Source: a virus (Duplodnaviria; Caudoviricetes). From it: DNA of 64,000 nt. Every line of letters starts with the position of its first letter. The first letter of the stretch is position 1. The notes beneath the pieces are model-generated. The model did no database searches and was not told the DNA's origin. It saw only the letters and a program-made list of their open reading frames with translations. The DNA lies in the IMG/VR virus record IMGVR_UViG_2974592265_000001, positions 24,404 to 88,403 of that record. One strand, 5' to 3'. The position numbers were made by a program, and so were the translations under genes. This document shows positions 9,048-18,691 of the stretch, piece by piece.

Positions 9048-10117
9048 GCGGTCACCTTCGATACCAGTTCAGCGAACAGCGGCGCCAGGTCGGTGCCTTC
9101 CAGATCCCGTGCGATGCGGGTCTTCAGATCTTCGGCAACCACGCCCTCGATCTCAGTGTCCACGTCCTGCAGCGAGTCCTTGATCTCGACCTTGTTGCGC
9201 ACGGCGAACATCTCGGTGTAGTAGCCTTCCTCGCCCTCGGGCTTGTAGTAGCTGGCCTTCCACACGTCACGGACAAACTCACTGACCTCGACAGCGTTGG
9301 CCACAGCCTCTGCGCCGGTGACGTCGACGAACTGGATGCCGGTGAGGTCGGGGATCTCGCTGCCCAGCTTGATCTCGCGGTAGTGATCCTTGACCGACCA
9401 GATCAGCTCTTTGGTCAGCTCGGCGGTGTCCAGCTCCAGGTGGTAGACGAACTTGTCGCCGATGTCGTGGAAGCTGGTGGGGTGGGTGTTGCCCAGCACC
9501 ACGACCTGGCCGCCGAGGTCGGTGGAGCCGTTGTGTTCATGGCCGATGAAAATGTAGTCGAAGGCCTCGATCAGCTCCTTGGCCAGATCCCGCCGTAGGT
9601 TCAGCGTGTTGTCTGTGGTGGCCAGGTCGAAGTCGTAGTTGCAGTGCAGGAACAGGTAGCTGGCTAGGCCGTCGCGGTTCTCGGCGGCGTGCGCTGCAGC
9701 GTCCCGCATCGCCTGCTCGAAGATTTCTTGGCTGGCGTGGTGCGGGACCATGTAGATCGACTCGAAACAGTCGAAGTACGGGTCGGTCAGATTCGGCACC
9801 GCGCAGATCGGTACGCCCTGCTCCTTGAGCAGACGCAGCGAGGACATGGTGCCTTCGCGGTTGGTCTCGTCGTGGTTGCCGGCCAGCGTCATCCAGCACA
9901 GGCTGGCCACGCTGTGACCTTGGGCGATGATCTCTTCGCGGTTGAACGACTTGTCGAACAGGTCGCCGACGCAGAATTTCGGGTGCGGGCCAGTGCTGAC
10001 AATGGCCATGGCTTGGTGAAACAGCGACAGCTTCAGGGCTTCCGAAGACTCGCGGGTGGTGTGTGCTTGCCGTGACGTGCCCAGGTGTGGATCGGTAAAG
10101 ATCGTGAGGTTCTTCAT
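9044..10117 (-). CDS. sbcD: SbcD/Mre11-like metallophosphoesterase nuclease
   Basis: FTDPH, VGDLFD, AGNHD, VPHH and IGHEH motifs; near sbcC. Confidence 0.9.
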   Translation of the reverse strand: MKNLTIFTDPHLGTSRQAHTTRESSEALKLSLFHQAMAIVSTGPHPKFCVGDLFDKSFNREEIIAQGHSVASLCWMTLAGNHDETNREGTMSSLRLLKEQGVPICAVPNLTDPYFDCFESIYMVPHHASQEIFEQAMRDAAAHAAENRDGLASYLFLHCNYDFDLATTDNTLNLRRDLAKELIEAFDYIFIGHEHNGSTDLGGQVVVLGNTHPTSFHDIGDKFVYHLELDTAELTKELIWSVKDHYREIKLGSEIPDLTGIQFVDVTGAEAVANAVEVSEFVRDVWKASYYKPEGEEGYYTEMFAVRNKVEIKDSLQDVDTEIEGVVAEDLKTRIARDLEGTDLAPLFAELVSKVTA

Positions 10118-10230
10118 TGCTGCCAGTCCTTTAAACAGTGGTACGCATAGGAGATCACCGGGATCAGGGTGAAGATGATGATCCCTTCGAGGATGAACAG
10201 AGCGAGTTGCTTTTTGAATTTCTTGGTCAT
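10114..10230 (-). CDS. Small membrane peptide (38 aa; below the ORF-track cutoff)
   Basis: MTKKFKKQLALFILEGIIIFTLIPVISYAYHCLKDWQQ; its stop overlaps the sbcD ATG. Confidence 0.5.
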   Translation of the reverse strand: MTKKFKKQLALFILEGIIIFTLIPVISYAYHCLKDWQQ

Positions 10231-10244
10231 GGGTCCGTCCATTA

Positions 10245-10267
10245 GAAGGGCAGCTGAGCTGCCCTTC
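10245..10267 (-). terminator. Hairpin / weak terminator
   Basis: GAAGGGCAGC-TGA-GCTGCCCTTC inverted repeat; poor U-tract. Confidence 0.4.
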
Positions 10268-10279
10268 GTTCCACGTTAA

Positions 10280-10666
10280 TTACTTGGCAGCACGCGGTGC
10301 CCGAGGGCGACGTGGCGGCTTGGCCGGGGTGTCAGCTGGGATGAACTCACCTTCCTGCGGCGCGGGCGCCGGAGCCGGTACTGGCTTATCCGCCGGCACC
10401 GCCGCGATGATGAAGTCCAGGCGGATGTTGACGATGCCACCCTGCAGACCTTCACCGACCACGGTCCACAGATCCAGTTCCCCTTTCTTCGGCGCCAGGC
10501 GGGGCTGCTGCACACCGCTGTACAGGTACGCCAGCGGGGTCAGCTGCTCGGTGGTGCCGGCCTCGCCTTCCTTGTTCCGCGATGCCCAGTCGTAGCGGGT
10601 CACGATAATCATGAACTGACCGATGTCGATGTTCATGTGGTTGTTGGTGTTCAGTGGCTTCTTCAT
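10280..10666 (-). CDS. Hypothetical protein with Pro-rich C-terminus
   Basis: Start MKKPLNTNN at 10666 after an AAGG RBS. Confidence 0.6.
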   Translation of the reverse strand: MKKPLNTNNHMNIDIGQFMIIVTRYDWASRNKEGEAGTTEQLTPLAYLYSGVQQPRLAPKKGELDLWTVVGEGLQGGIVNIRLDFIIAAVPADKPVPAPAPAPQEGEFIPADTPAKPPRRPRAPRAAK

Positions 10667-10689
10667 TCCGTTGATACCTTGTAGGTGGG

Positions 10690-11838
10690 TTAGAGGGGTT
10701 GGTGCCAGCACTTGGCGGTGGCAATGTTGGGGATGCCGTCCGGCGTGAAGCCGAAGTGCGACAGGGTCAGCAGGCGGCCGATGTTCTGGCCAGCCACCAG
10801 TGCCTCCCACTCGGCGTGCTTCTCTTCGGCGTTGCCGTGGGCAGTGGCCTTGGCGGTGCGTACCCCGCCTGGCGTGTTCACCTCGTAGATGAACTTCGGC
10901 ACCTGGTAGGTGATGCCCTTGACGACCTGCTGTTCAGCCAGTTCCCAGCCCACAACCTTCACTTCGAAGTCGGTGAAGTCCTTCACCTTGGTCAGGTACT
11001 TGGTGCGCTTGCCGTCGCGGTAACCTTCACGGCCCCAGCGCAGGATGCTGCCTTCATAGCCTTCAGCGACCCAGCGGCGGTGCAGGGCCATGACTTCGGC
11101 CATGCTGCGAACCCGAACGGTCTCGACCAGATGAATCCGGTGGTCAAGGTCGACGACCTGGCTGAACGCATGCTGCAGGTCAGCGAAGCGCTCTTCGAAC
11201 GGCTTGTCGCTGACCGAGTCGTAGATGTAGTAGCTGAGGTTCAGCGACTCTTCGCGCGGCTTGGTGATCAGGCTGCCGATCGCTTGCAGCGTCATGCCGT
11301 GGACGTACAGCTCACCGTCGAGGTGGATGTCAGCGAACGCCGGCTGCGCATCCAGAGCGTCCTGAATGTGCTGGACGTTGTGCGCCTTGCCGCCACGGCT
11401 GTAGATGATGTCGTCTTCGAGGCAGCGGTGACCGTCGAACTTACGCTGCAGGAATGCGTTGTCCCAGTCGACCTCGTCCATGTTGACGTCTTGCATCTTC
11501 TCCGCAAGCATCGGCTTCTTCTTGCCCAGGCCGTTGGTGACCGGAGCTGCAGCGTCGGCAATGTCTTCGACGTAGCCCAGGCGGATCTGCTTGCTGACCC
11601 GGGAGGCTGCTTCCAGCACCGCTTGTTCGTAGTCGGTGGTCGCGTTGGCGCGGCCGGCGTTCTTGCCCTTCACCGAGGTGATCTTCTCTGTTACCGCCCC
11701 GCCATCGGACTTGGCGAAGGTGATCACCAGGCGGGCGCTGTCATCTGGAAGGCCTTGGGCGTCGACCTGCCACCAGCCGATGGTCTTGCCGAGGTTTTTA
11801 TACAGGCGTTTGGAGGAGAGGAGTACGGTGTTTGTCAT
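10690..11838 (-). CDS. ATP-dependent DNA ligase with N-terminal WGR-like extension
   Basis: Motif I QRKFDGHRC (KxDG), HLDGELY, EGYEGSILR and TKVKDF. Confidence 0.92.
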   Translation of the reverse strand: MTNTVLLSSKRLYKNLGKTIGWWQVDAQGLPDDSARLVITFAKSDGGAVTEKITSVKGKNAGRANATTDYEQAVLEAASRVSKQIRLGYVEDIADAAAPVTNGLGKKKPMLAEKMQDVNMDEVDWDNAFLQRKFDGHRCLEDDIIYSRGGKAHNVQHIQDALDAQPAFADIHLDGELYVHGMTLQAIGSLITKPREESLNLSYYIYDSVSDKPFEERFADLQHAFSQVVDLDHRIHLVETVRVRSMAEVMALHRRWVAEGYEGSILRWGREGYRDGKRTKYLTKVKDFTDFEVKVVGWELAEQQVVKGITYQVPKFIYEVNTPGGVRTAKATAHGNAEEKHAEWEALVAGQNIGRLLTLSHFGFTPDGIPNIATAKCWHQPL

Positions 11839-11868
11839 GGTTCAGTCCTTAAATAGAAACCCCGCTAG

Positions 11869-12390
11869 TTAGCGGGATTTGTGCAGTGTATCCCCTTTGC
11901 AGGGGATCTGGAAATAGTCCGCAAGGAGGTCAGCCACGCGCTGCCGCTGCAGCTTGTTGATCACCCCCACATTCGGCCAGGTGGCCAGTAGGTAACGCTT
12001 GTCTATCCGCACGGTGTCGTGCACCGCAATGCCATCCCACAGCTGGATCACCCCGTTCTGTGCATCCCAGAACAGGATGTAGTAGGGGATCTCCAGCAGA
12101 AACCGGAACCTTGCGATGGCCCCACGCTGCGAAGGACGAACCGCATCCTTCGGCATCGTGATGTTTTTCTCGCTGGCTTTCACCTCGAGGAAACACAGCC
12201 TCTGGTCTCCCAGCAGGTTGCTACAACCTGCTGGAAGCCCGAGAAGGTAATCGCTTGGCTGCTCGGCAATGAGGGACCCTGCGGCCCCCGTGTCGGCGAG
12301 GCGGTGGTAGCTGACCAGCCGCTGCTCAAAGAGCAACTTCATGACCAGCTGCACCTCCTTCTCGAACACCTTACCGATGGAGGCCGCCAC
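11869..12390 (-). CDS. PD-(D/E)xK nuclease, RecU-like Holliday junction resolvase candidate
   Basis: GKVFE...SDYLL...FLEVKAS motif spacing; recombination-gene context. Confidence 0.65.
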   Translation of the reverse strand: MAASIGKVFEKEVQLVMKLLFEQRLVSYHRLADTGAAGSLIAEQPSDYLLGLPAGCSNLLGDQRLCFLEVKASEKNITMPKDAVRPSQRGAIARFRFLLEIPYYILFWDAQNGVIQLWDGIAVHDTVRIDKRYLLATWPNVGVINKLQRQRVADLLADYFQIPCKGDTLHKSR

Positions 12391-12992
12391 TAGAAGTTGC
12401 CTTCCAGTTCGGTCACCAGCTCCAACAACTTCATTTCGAAGTCGAACAGCGAGCCGTCGTTGACGATGGTGTGGGTGACGAAGGCGGGGTTGACCCCTTT
12501 CTCGCTGGCATGGCCCTCGACTCCGACCGTCTGCTGCTCAAGGCCCGGCCGGACAATCTGCAGGACCACGCCGTGTTGGTCCCGCACCCAGTGGGCTTCG
12601 GAGTTGAAGCGGACGTCGCTGAGGACCATACCTTGCACTGTGTCAGTGCCGTTGACCTTGGCGTTGGAGAACTCCCCTAACTCCGTCTTCCAAGGGCAGC
12701 CAGCCTCCACCCACTTCCACTTGCGATCCACCAGGTTGACCCAGACGTTGTCGTGCAGCGCACGACCCCACTCGGTGCCCAGCGTCTGCATCATCACCCG
12801 GTACGACACCCCGGTTTCAGGGCAGATGCCGGAGCGATCGCCGTGGTGGAAGTGATCGCCGAAGACCGACTTCAGCATGGTCTTCAACGGCTCAGCGAAG
12901 GCGTATTTGTACAGGCTCATGTGCCTGACCAGATAATCCGCTGCGTGGTCTTTACCGGACCTGGCCAGTCCGGTCACGCCGATCAGCTTCAT
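12390..12992 (-). CDS. Deoxynucleoside monophosphate kinase
   Basis: IGVTGLARSGKD, FAEPLK, RVMMQTLGTEWGR and VLSDVRFNSE motifs. Confidence 0.9.
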   Translation of the reverse strand: MKLIGVTGLARSGKDHAADYLVRHMSLYKYAFAEPLKTMLKSVFGDHFHHGDRSGICPETGVSYRVMMQTLGTEWGRALHDNVWVNLVDRKWKWVEAGCPWKTELGEFSNAKVNGTDTVQGMVLSDVRFNSEAHWVRDQHGVVLQIVRPGLEQQTVGVEGHASEKGVNPAFVTHTIVNDGSLFDFEMKLLELVTELEGNF

Positions 12993-13735
12993 ATTGCCAT
13001 CGCCAGGCGCAGGCACAGCGCTTCACGCAGCTCGGTGGAGAAGAGCATGTCGCACTTGTCACTGAGCAGCCACTTGCAGTAGGACTGGTCGAGGTTCTTG
13101 ACCTTGCTGCCCTTGTCTTTGCCGAAGCCGATCTTCATTTCCAGCGTGCCGTCGTCGCCCTTCATCCAGACCATCAGCTCGTCCAGGCTGTCGACCTTGG
13201 CCCAGCTGTACAGCGGCTTGATGCACTTCAGCGTGGCGTCCACGTCCACCGAGGCGTCGTGGGCACCGTTCATGGGCTCGCCCATCAAGTGCTCGTAGAA
13301 GTTGACCAGCTTGGCGCTCGGCCACTTGTGCTCGGTCTTCAGCTTGCGGGCAGCCTTCATCAGGTCGATCGACTTCGGCGCGCGGAAGCCGACACGGGCT
13401 GCAATGCGGTTGTCGAAGCTGCCGCTGTTGTAGCCGATCACGGCGTCCAGTTGCATCTCGTTGACCGTGTCCATCTGCTCGCCCAGGTACTTTTCCCACG
13501 GCAGCTCATCGAGCAGCTGATGGGCGTAGTAGCCGTGGACCTTGGAGGCCTCCGGGTGGATCTCTTTGCCCGGGTTCAACAGCATCAGATCCTTATCGTG
13601 AATGTCGTAGCTGCCGTCCTGATGCAAGGTCACGATCCACAGGGCTGACTGCAGGACGCCGCAAGTGCCGGCGTCCACCCCAGTGGTTTCATAGTCGTGC
13701 GCTAGTGCTCTGACACTCTGTCCGTTGAAGCTCAT
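12989..13735 (-). CDS. DEDDh 3'-5' exonuclease (DnaQ/ExoX-like) with C-terminal FGK..G...YxxWLL domain
   Basis: HDYETTG, GYNSGSFD and AHDASVDV; C-terminal GFGKDKG...SYCKWLL. Confidence 0.88.
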   Translation of the reverse strand: MSFNGQSVRALAHDYETTGVDAGTCGVLQSALWIVTLHQDGSYDIHDKDLMLLNPGKEIHPEASKVHGYYAHQLLDELPWEKYLGEQMDTVNEMQLDAVIGYNSGSFDNRIAARVGFRAPKSIDLMKAARKLKTEHKWPSAKLVNFYEHLMGEPMNGAHDASVDVDATLKCIKPLYSWAKVDSLDELMVWMKGDDGTLEMKIGFGKDKGSKVKNLDQSYCKWLLSDKCDMLFSTELREALCLRLAMAI

Positions 13736-14163
13736 ACGTCCTTTCCTTTTTCAGTGGTGAAGAAGTCTTTGTGAATGGCGGGCCACATCTTGCGGAACGC
13801 CTCAATCCGCCGGGCCATGAGTGATTCGTTGTGCTTGGCATCCCGCAGCTGCTTACGCAGATCACTGGTGTCGAGGAGGGCTCCCCGCATCCGCTGGTTT
13901 TCAGTTAGCAAGCGGGTGTTGTCAGCAAGGATCTGCTCGATGTCCACAGGCGGTGGGTTACGGTGCGGAGGCGCTTGGGGCGCCGGTGGCCGTGTCCAGT
14001 TTGGGTTTGGTGCAGGGTTCTGGTTGGCTGCGAGACCGAGACGACGTCGGCATTCCGCCAACGTCTCGTTCTCACGCTGCCAAGGCGGACCATCAGCAGG
14101 CATTCCCAGCAGCCTGTTGATGATCCGGCCTACCAGCCCCGCCTTAGTCGGCGATGTTGTCAC
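13732..14163 (-). CDS. Hypothetical protein (Pro-rich linker and coiled coil)
   Basis: Overlaps both neighbours within the operon. Confidence 0.5.
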   Translation of the reverse strand: MTTSPTKAGLVGRIINRLLGMPADGPPWQRENETLAECRRRLGLAANQNPAPNPNWTRPPAPQAPPHRNPPPVDIEQILADNTRLLTENQRMRGALLDTSDLRKQLRDAKHNESLMARRIEAFRKMWPAIHKDFFTTEKGKDV

Positions 14164-17100
14164 TCACTACCTCCTCGTCTTCATCCAGTTCAACGTAGGT
14201 TGGCTTACGGATCGGATCGAACGGCTCCAGCAGATCCTTCTCCCAGATGTTGATCCCTTCAGTAAGGGCGCGATCCACGAAGGCAGCGACGTTCTCCTGG
14301 CTGATGTTGCGGCCGAGTTCGTGCACTTTACCCCAGTCGCAGCCGATGGAAAACTCCGGTACTTGGCGGACTTTGTGGCCAGGTGGGGTGGATTCTTCCA
14401 TGTAGCGGCCGACTTCTTGGCAGTAGTCGTAGACATCGTCCTTGTGGACCCAGGACACCACTTCGTCGTAGATCGGAGCAAAGAAGACCATGCGCAGCCG
14501 GTCCATGATCCCGCTCTCGGCGATTCGGGTCAGCACGATGCGCAGCATCTGCGCGGCTGAGCCCTGAATCGTGGCGTTGGTGCCCTGGCGGTGCTGACGG
14601 GCTACCCGACCGCTGTCGTTGCTGAACAGATCCGGAGTGGCGTGACGCTTGGTGCCGAAGGCCGTCAGCGTGAAACCGTTCTGGGTCATGAACTGCGCCG
14701 TCTCGGCTTGCCATGGACGAATGCGGGTGTACAGGTCGAAGGTGCCGTCCAGCAACTTCTTGGCTTCCTCGACCGGGACGATCAGGTTGCGCGACAAGGT
14801 GCCGGCACCGGCGCCGTATGCCATACCGAAGTTTACGGTCTTGGCCTTGCCCCGGATGGCCACGGTGATCTTGTTCAGCTTGTGGTTCTCGTCGTCCTTC
14901 GCTTCGATGAAGTCCTCGTAGGTCATCTTGGCGATGCCGGAACCGGTCATGCTGTGCAAGTCTTTTTCGTTGGCCGGGTCGTACACCGACATCATCACCG
15001 GGTCGTTAGCGAGGTTCGCCATCAGGCGGATCTCTTGACCGTTGAAGTCGATGGCCACGCAGACGTGATCCGGGGTCGGCGGGATGTAGATCGACCGCAT
15101 CACCTTGCCTTCGCCACGCTTGGCCACCTGCAGGATGTTCGGCGCGCTGCCGGTAGGCCTGGTGGTGTCGGTGCCAGCGTCGGTGATGGAAGGGTGAACC
15201 TTGCCATCGCGGTGACGCCACATCGGGTACTTATCGTGGTACAGGCTGCACCTGGTGTTGGCGGACTTCACTCGGCGCAGGATAACCAGCGCGTCACGCT
15301 GCCAGCATTCCTGCAGCACGTCGTTCGCCAGCGCCGTCAGGATGGCCTGCTCGTCAGTCGACGGGCCTGCTTCCTGAATGCCGACCGCCAGGCGGCCCTT
15401 GCCGATGTTCTTGCCGCGCAGCTTGACCGGGATGCCGATCTTGCAATACAACAGTTGCTGCATCTGCACAGGGCTGCCCACGTTCAGCGGATCGCCGAAG
15501 GTGACGATACGCGGCTCGACCTTGGCCAGCTTCTGCACCAGGGCGCCCAACTCGTCAAACGCCTTCTCGGCGACGAACAGCTTGTGGGTGCAGGTGTCTT
15601 CAGCTGACTCCGACTCGTCTGCCGCGCGGCGCAGGTCGCCCATCTTCAGGCAGCCCGCTGCAACGGCCGTGGCGATCGCCTTGATCAGCTCACGCTGATC
15701 GTCGGTGACCTTCCACTCGTCTTCGAAGCCAGCCACGCCGACCTCGTAGTACCACTCGGTGATCGCCTTCTGCGTCAACTTCTCCAGCGGTGGCAGGTCG
15801 AGGTTGAGCAGGGCTGGCGCCAACTGGTTCGCTGTGAAGGCGAAGTCCGGCATCACCGACTCCTCGCGGAACGGCGTGTACTGGCAGGCTGCTTCCAGCT
15901 TCTTGCGCCACTCAGCGACCTTCGAGTTGGCGACGTCGACGTTGCCTTCAGCCTTCTTCTTGGCACCGCGGAAGATGTAATCCTTCTCGGCGTCAATCAG
16001 CGACTTGCAGCCTGGCGTGATGTTGCCGGTGACGTTCTTCTCCAGAATGGCACGCAGTTCCAGCATACCCTCCTCGATGGTCTTCAGGTCCTGAGCGTGG
16101 ATGCGTTTCTGGCACGCCCAGTTCATGTCGACACCGGCCACGTAGGAGCGCTGTAGCACCTCGGTCGGCCGTACTGCCCAGCGCCGGTAGAAGTCCCACT
16201 GCCCGTCCAGCTTCAGCAGCAGCTCCAGCAAGTCGTGCAGGTGGCCGGTCACCAGGCTGTCGTCGGTGCCGTAGGTGAAGACTTCGTCAGCGGTCAGCTC
16301 ACACATCATGCTGACGCCTTCACCGCCGTTACCGGCCGCCAGGGTGTCTTGGAACGAGGTCTGCTCGTAGCCCAGGTAATTCAGCGACAACGCCTTCAGG
16401 CCGGCTTCCATGTTCTCGTCGTAGAAGCGCTGCATGATCCGGGTGTCTTCGATTTCCTTGAGCCAGACACCGAGGTTGGTCTGGGTCACGACGCCTTCGA
16501 ACAGGGCGTTGTGAGCGATCCGCCGGGTGTATTTCCCAGCGAATTCAAGGATCTCAAGGATCACGTCCTTATTGACGTTATTCGAGTCACGGTGGTCGAC
16601 CGGGATGTAGATCACGTTCTCCAAGTGGCGACCGAACTGGAACGAGGCACCGGCCAGTTCCTGGCTTAGCATGTCGACGAAATTGCTGCCCGAAGTCGAG
16701 GCAATGCGGAAGTCACGAATCGGGTTCTTGTCGGAGGATTCATAGTCGAACGCGGTTTTGTCGCCCGCCTTGATCTCTTCGAAGATCTGCTCCTTGAGCT
16801 TGTCCCAGTTGGTCGAGTCAACGATCATCGGCACCGGCATCAGGTGACTGTACTCCGCCTCCCACATGTCCTCGCAACCGATCTCCTTCAGGCAGTTGTA
16901 CAGCGCCGTCGGGTCCGGTACACGCTTGTGGATCTTCGGCTTGGTCAGCTTCTTCAGCCGGGGTTTCCAGCACAGCTCCGGCTTCAGGTTGGCCAGCTTC
17001 CAGCCCATCCGCCAGTCACCGAAGTTCTCGCGCAGCTTGATCAGGATCTTGTCGCCGGACTCCGCAATGGTCTCATCGAGGAGGTCGGTGTTGCCCTTGG

Positions 17101-17809
17101 CGACGATCTCAGCCAGTTCGTCCAGGCCGTCGGCGCCGTAGGCCTCCAGCAGCTTGAGGATCTTCGCCGGACCCATCCCCTTGACGCCGGGGTAGTTGTC
17201 CGAGGTGTCGCCCATGATCGACTTGGCGAAGCTGGTCAGCCGGTAGGGCAGGCCAGCCAGCTCCATCCCTTCCGGGTAGACGCCGTCTTCGCCGTTCAAG
17301 CCGGCGTGGTGGGCGACGTTCTTCAGGGTGACGATGGTGTCCTGGTTGACCAGTACCAGCAAGTCGGCATCGACCGTGCTGACATCCTTCGGGCCGGGGA
17401 CTGTGTTGCAGATCCAGCCGATGAGGTCATCCGCCTCGACGTTCTCCACAAACATCTGGGTGGCACCGAGGGCTGCGAAGAACTTGCGTGCCCACACCGA
17501 CAGCTCTTTGTACTGAGCAATTTCTATCGGGCTTTTGTTTTTGTCCTCCTTGGCTGCCTGGCCTTTGTAGGCCGGGTAGATACCGAGGCGGTAGGCTTTG
17601 CCGGCGTCGTGTGCCACCAGCATTTCACGCGGGGAACCGCCCTTCTCAAGGATAGGGCGGATGTAGCGGGTCAGAAAGTCCGCCGCGCCGGCTTGCCAAT
17701 CTGCAAACCGGCGATCGAGTTTCGTGCAGTGCAACGTTTTATCAGACACGCCGTAATAGGCGTGTTTGATACAAGCACGGAAGTCGATGATCTGAAGTGG
17801 ATTCGTCAT
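14144..17809 (-). CDS. Family A DNA polymerase with 5'-3' exonuclease, 3'-5' exonuclease and polymerase domains
   Basis: 5' nuclease motifs IIDF...VAHD...EADD...MGDTSDNYPGVKGMG; exo motifs FDYE, AHNALFE and YGTDD; motif A IDFNGQEIR, motif B RGKAKTVNFGMAYG, motif C IYDEV. Confidence 0.95.
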   Translation of the reverse strand: MTNPLQIIDFRACIKHAYYGVSDKTLHCTKLDRRFADWQAGAADFLTRYIRPILEKGGSPREMLVAHDAGKAYRLGIYPAYKGQAAKEDKNKSPIEIAQYKELSVWARKFFAALGATQMFVENVEADDLIGWICNTVPGPKDVSTVDADLLVLVNQDTIVTLKNVAHHAGLNGEDGVYPEGMELAGLPYRLTSFAKSIMGDTSDNYPGVKGMGPAKILKLLEAYGADGLDELAEIVAKGNTDLLDETIAESGDKILIKLRENFGDWRMGWKLANLKPELCWKPRLKKLTKPKIHKRVPDPTALYNCLKEIGCEDMWEAEYSHLMPVPMIVDSTNWDKLKEQIFEEIKAGDKTAFDYESSDKNPIRDFRIASTSGSNFVDMLSQELAGASFQFGRHLENVIYIPVDHRDSNNVNKDVILEILEFAGKYTRRIAHNALFEGVVTQTNLGVWLKEIEDTRIMQRFYDENMEAGLKALSLNYLGYEQTSFQDTLAAGNGGEGVSMMCELTADEVFTYGTDDSLVTGHLHDLLELLLKLDGQWDFYRRWAVRPTEVLQRSYVAGVDMNWACQKRIHAQDLKTIEEGMLELRAILEKNVTGNITPGCKSLIDAEKDYIFRGAKKKAEGNVDVANSKVAEWRKKLEAACQYTPFREESVMPDFAFTANQLAPALLNLDLPPLEKLTQKAITEWYYEVGVAGFEDEWKVTDDQRELIKAIATAVAAGCLKMGDLRRAADESESAEDTCTHKLFVAEKAFDELGALVQKLAKVEPRIVTFGDPLNVGSPVQMQQLLYCKIGIPVKLRGKNIGKGRLAVGIQEAGPSTDEQAILTALANDVLQECWQRDALVILRRVKSANTRCSLYHDKYPMWRHRDGKVHPSITDAGTDTTRPTGSAPNILQVAKRGEGKVMRSIYIPPTPDHVCVAIDFNGQEIRLMANLANDPVMMSVYDPANEKDLHSMTGSGIAKMTYEDFIEAKDDENHKLNKITVAIRGKAKTVNFGMAYGAGAGTLSRNLIVPVEEAKKLLDGTFDLYTRIRPWQAETAQFMTQNGFTLTAFGTKRHATPDLFSNDSGRVARQHRQGTNATIQGSAAQMLRIVLTRIAESGIMDRLRMVFFAPIYDEVVSWVHKDDVYDYCQEVGRYMEESTPPGHKVRQVPEFSIGCDWGKVHELGRNISQENVAAFVDRALTEGINIWEKDLLEPFDPIRKPTYVELDEDEEVVSDNIAD

Positions 17810-17832
17810 TGATACTCCCTGTTTGATTCAGA

Positions 17833-18111
17833 TCAAACCAGCAAGGCGTGGACCGCGTAAGTCCCACCGTTGAGCAGGACTGTGCCGATGAAGCTGCCCA
17901 GGTGCTCGATGTCCAGCTCCTCGCCGGTCACAGTGAGGTAGACGTTGGCGGTCCAGGTCGGTTTGTCCATGTCAGCCATCGTCCACAGCTGCACCACGCC
18001 TGACACTTGGTCAGGCTGGAAGTGCACAGACGCGCCGCCCAGGCCACCAGGAATTTCCAGCACGTTCATGCCCAACTCCAATGGAAACTTCAATACCTTT
18101 TTCATGCCCAT
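17833..18111 (-). CDS. Hypothetical protein
   Basis: Packed ORF ending '...FIGTVLLNGGTYAVHALL'. Confidence 0.6.
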   Translation of the reverse strand: MGMKKVLKFPLELGMNVLEIPGGLGGASVHFQPDQVSGVVQLWTMADMDKPTWTANVYLTVTGEELDIEHLGSFIGTVLLNGGTYAVHALLV

Positions 18112-18689
18112 ACCTCCGGATATTTAGAGAAAACCACCTGCAGACATTCTGCCTGATAGATGGCGTCAGCGAGTGCATCGTGTAGAACAGTGCTGCGATG
18201 TGGCATAACCAGCCCACGGCCTTCAGCGAAGTCGACCAGGGTGCGCTGATCACGCACCTTGCGGAACTCGTAAGGGATGGCCACGCCCTCACGTTTGAAC
18301 GCCTCTTCCAGCCAGACGCTGTCACGGTCACCGCGGATGTAGATCTCGCCGGTGAAGTTTGATTTGCTGCCCACCATTGGCAGGTCGGCCTGCAGCCACT
18401 GCCTGAAGCTGCGCAGGGCGTTGCCCAGGCTCAGCCCGTCCTTGCCTTCGAGGATCGCCTGCTGCGCTTCCTTGGTCTGTTCCAGCCACCAGTAGAAGGT
18501 CGAAGGGTCGATCGGCGTCTGCTTTTCCAGGTTGACGGCGACGTAGAACTCATTCGCGGAGCCAGGCAGCGCGGTGCCGTCTTTGGAGAAGCGCACGGCG
18601 CCGATCGCTGCGATCGGCGCTTGCGTCCCCAGGCCGGCGGTTTCCAGATCAATGGAGACCGGGTATTCAGCGAGGGATTCGTAGTACAT
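18102..18689 (-). CDS. DEDDh 3'-5' exo(ribo)nuclease
   Basis: SIDLETAG...DxxWLE...HDALADAIYQA. Confidence 0.82.
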   Translation of the reverse strand: MYYESLAEYPVSIDLETAGLGTQAPIAAIGAVRFSKDGTALPGSANEFYVAVNLEKQTPIDPSTFYWWLEQTKEAQQAILEGKDGLSLGNALRSFRQWLQADLPMVGSKSNFTGEIYIRGDRDSVWLEEAFKREGVAIPYEFRKVRDQRTLVDFAEGRGLVMPHRSTVLHDALADAIYQAECLQVVFSKYPEVWA

Positions 18690-18691
18690 GG

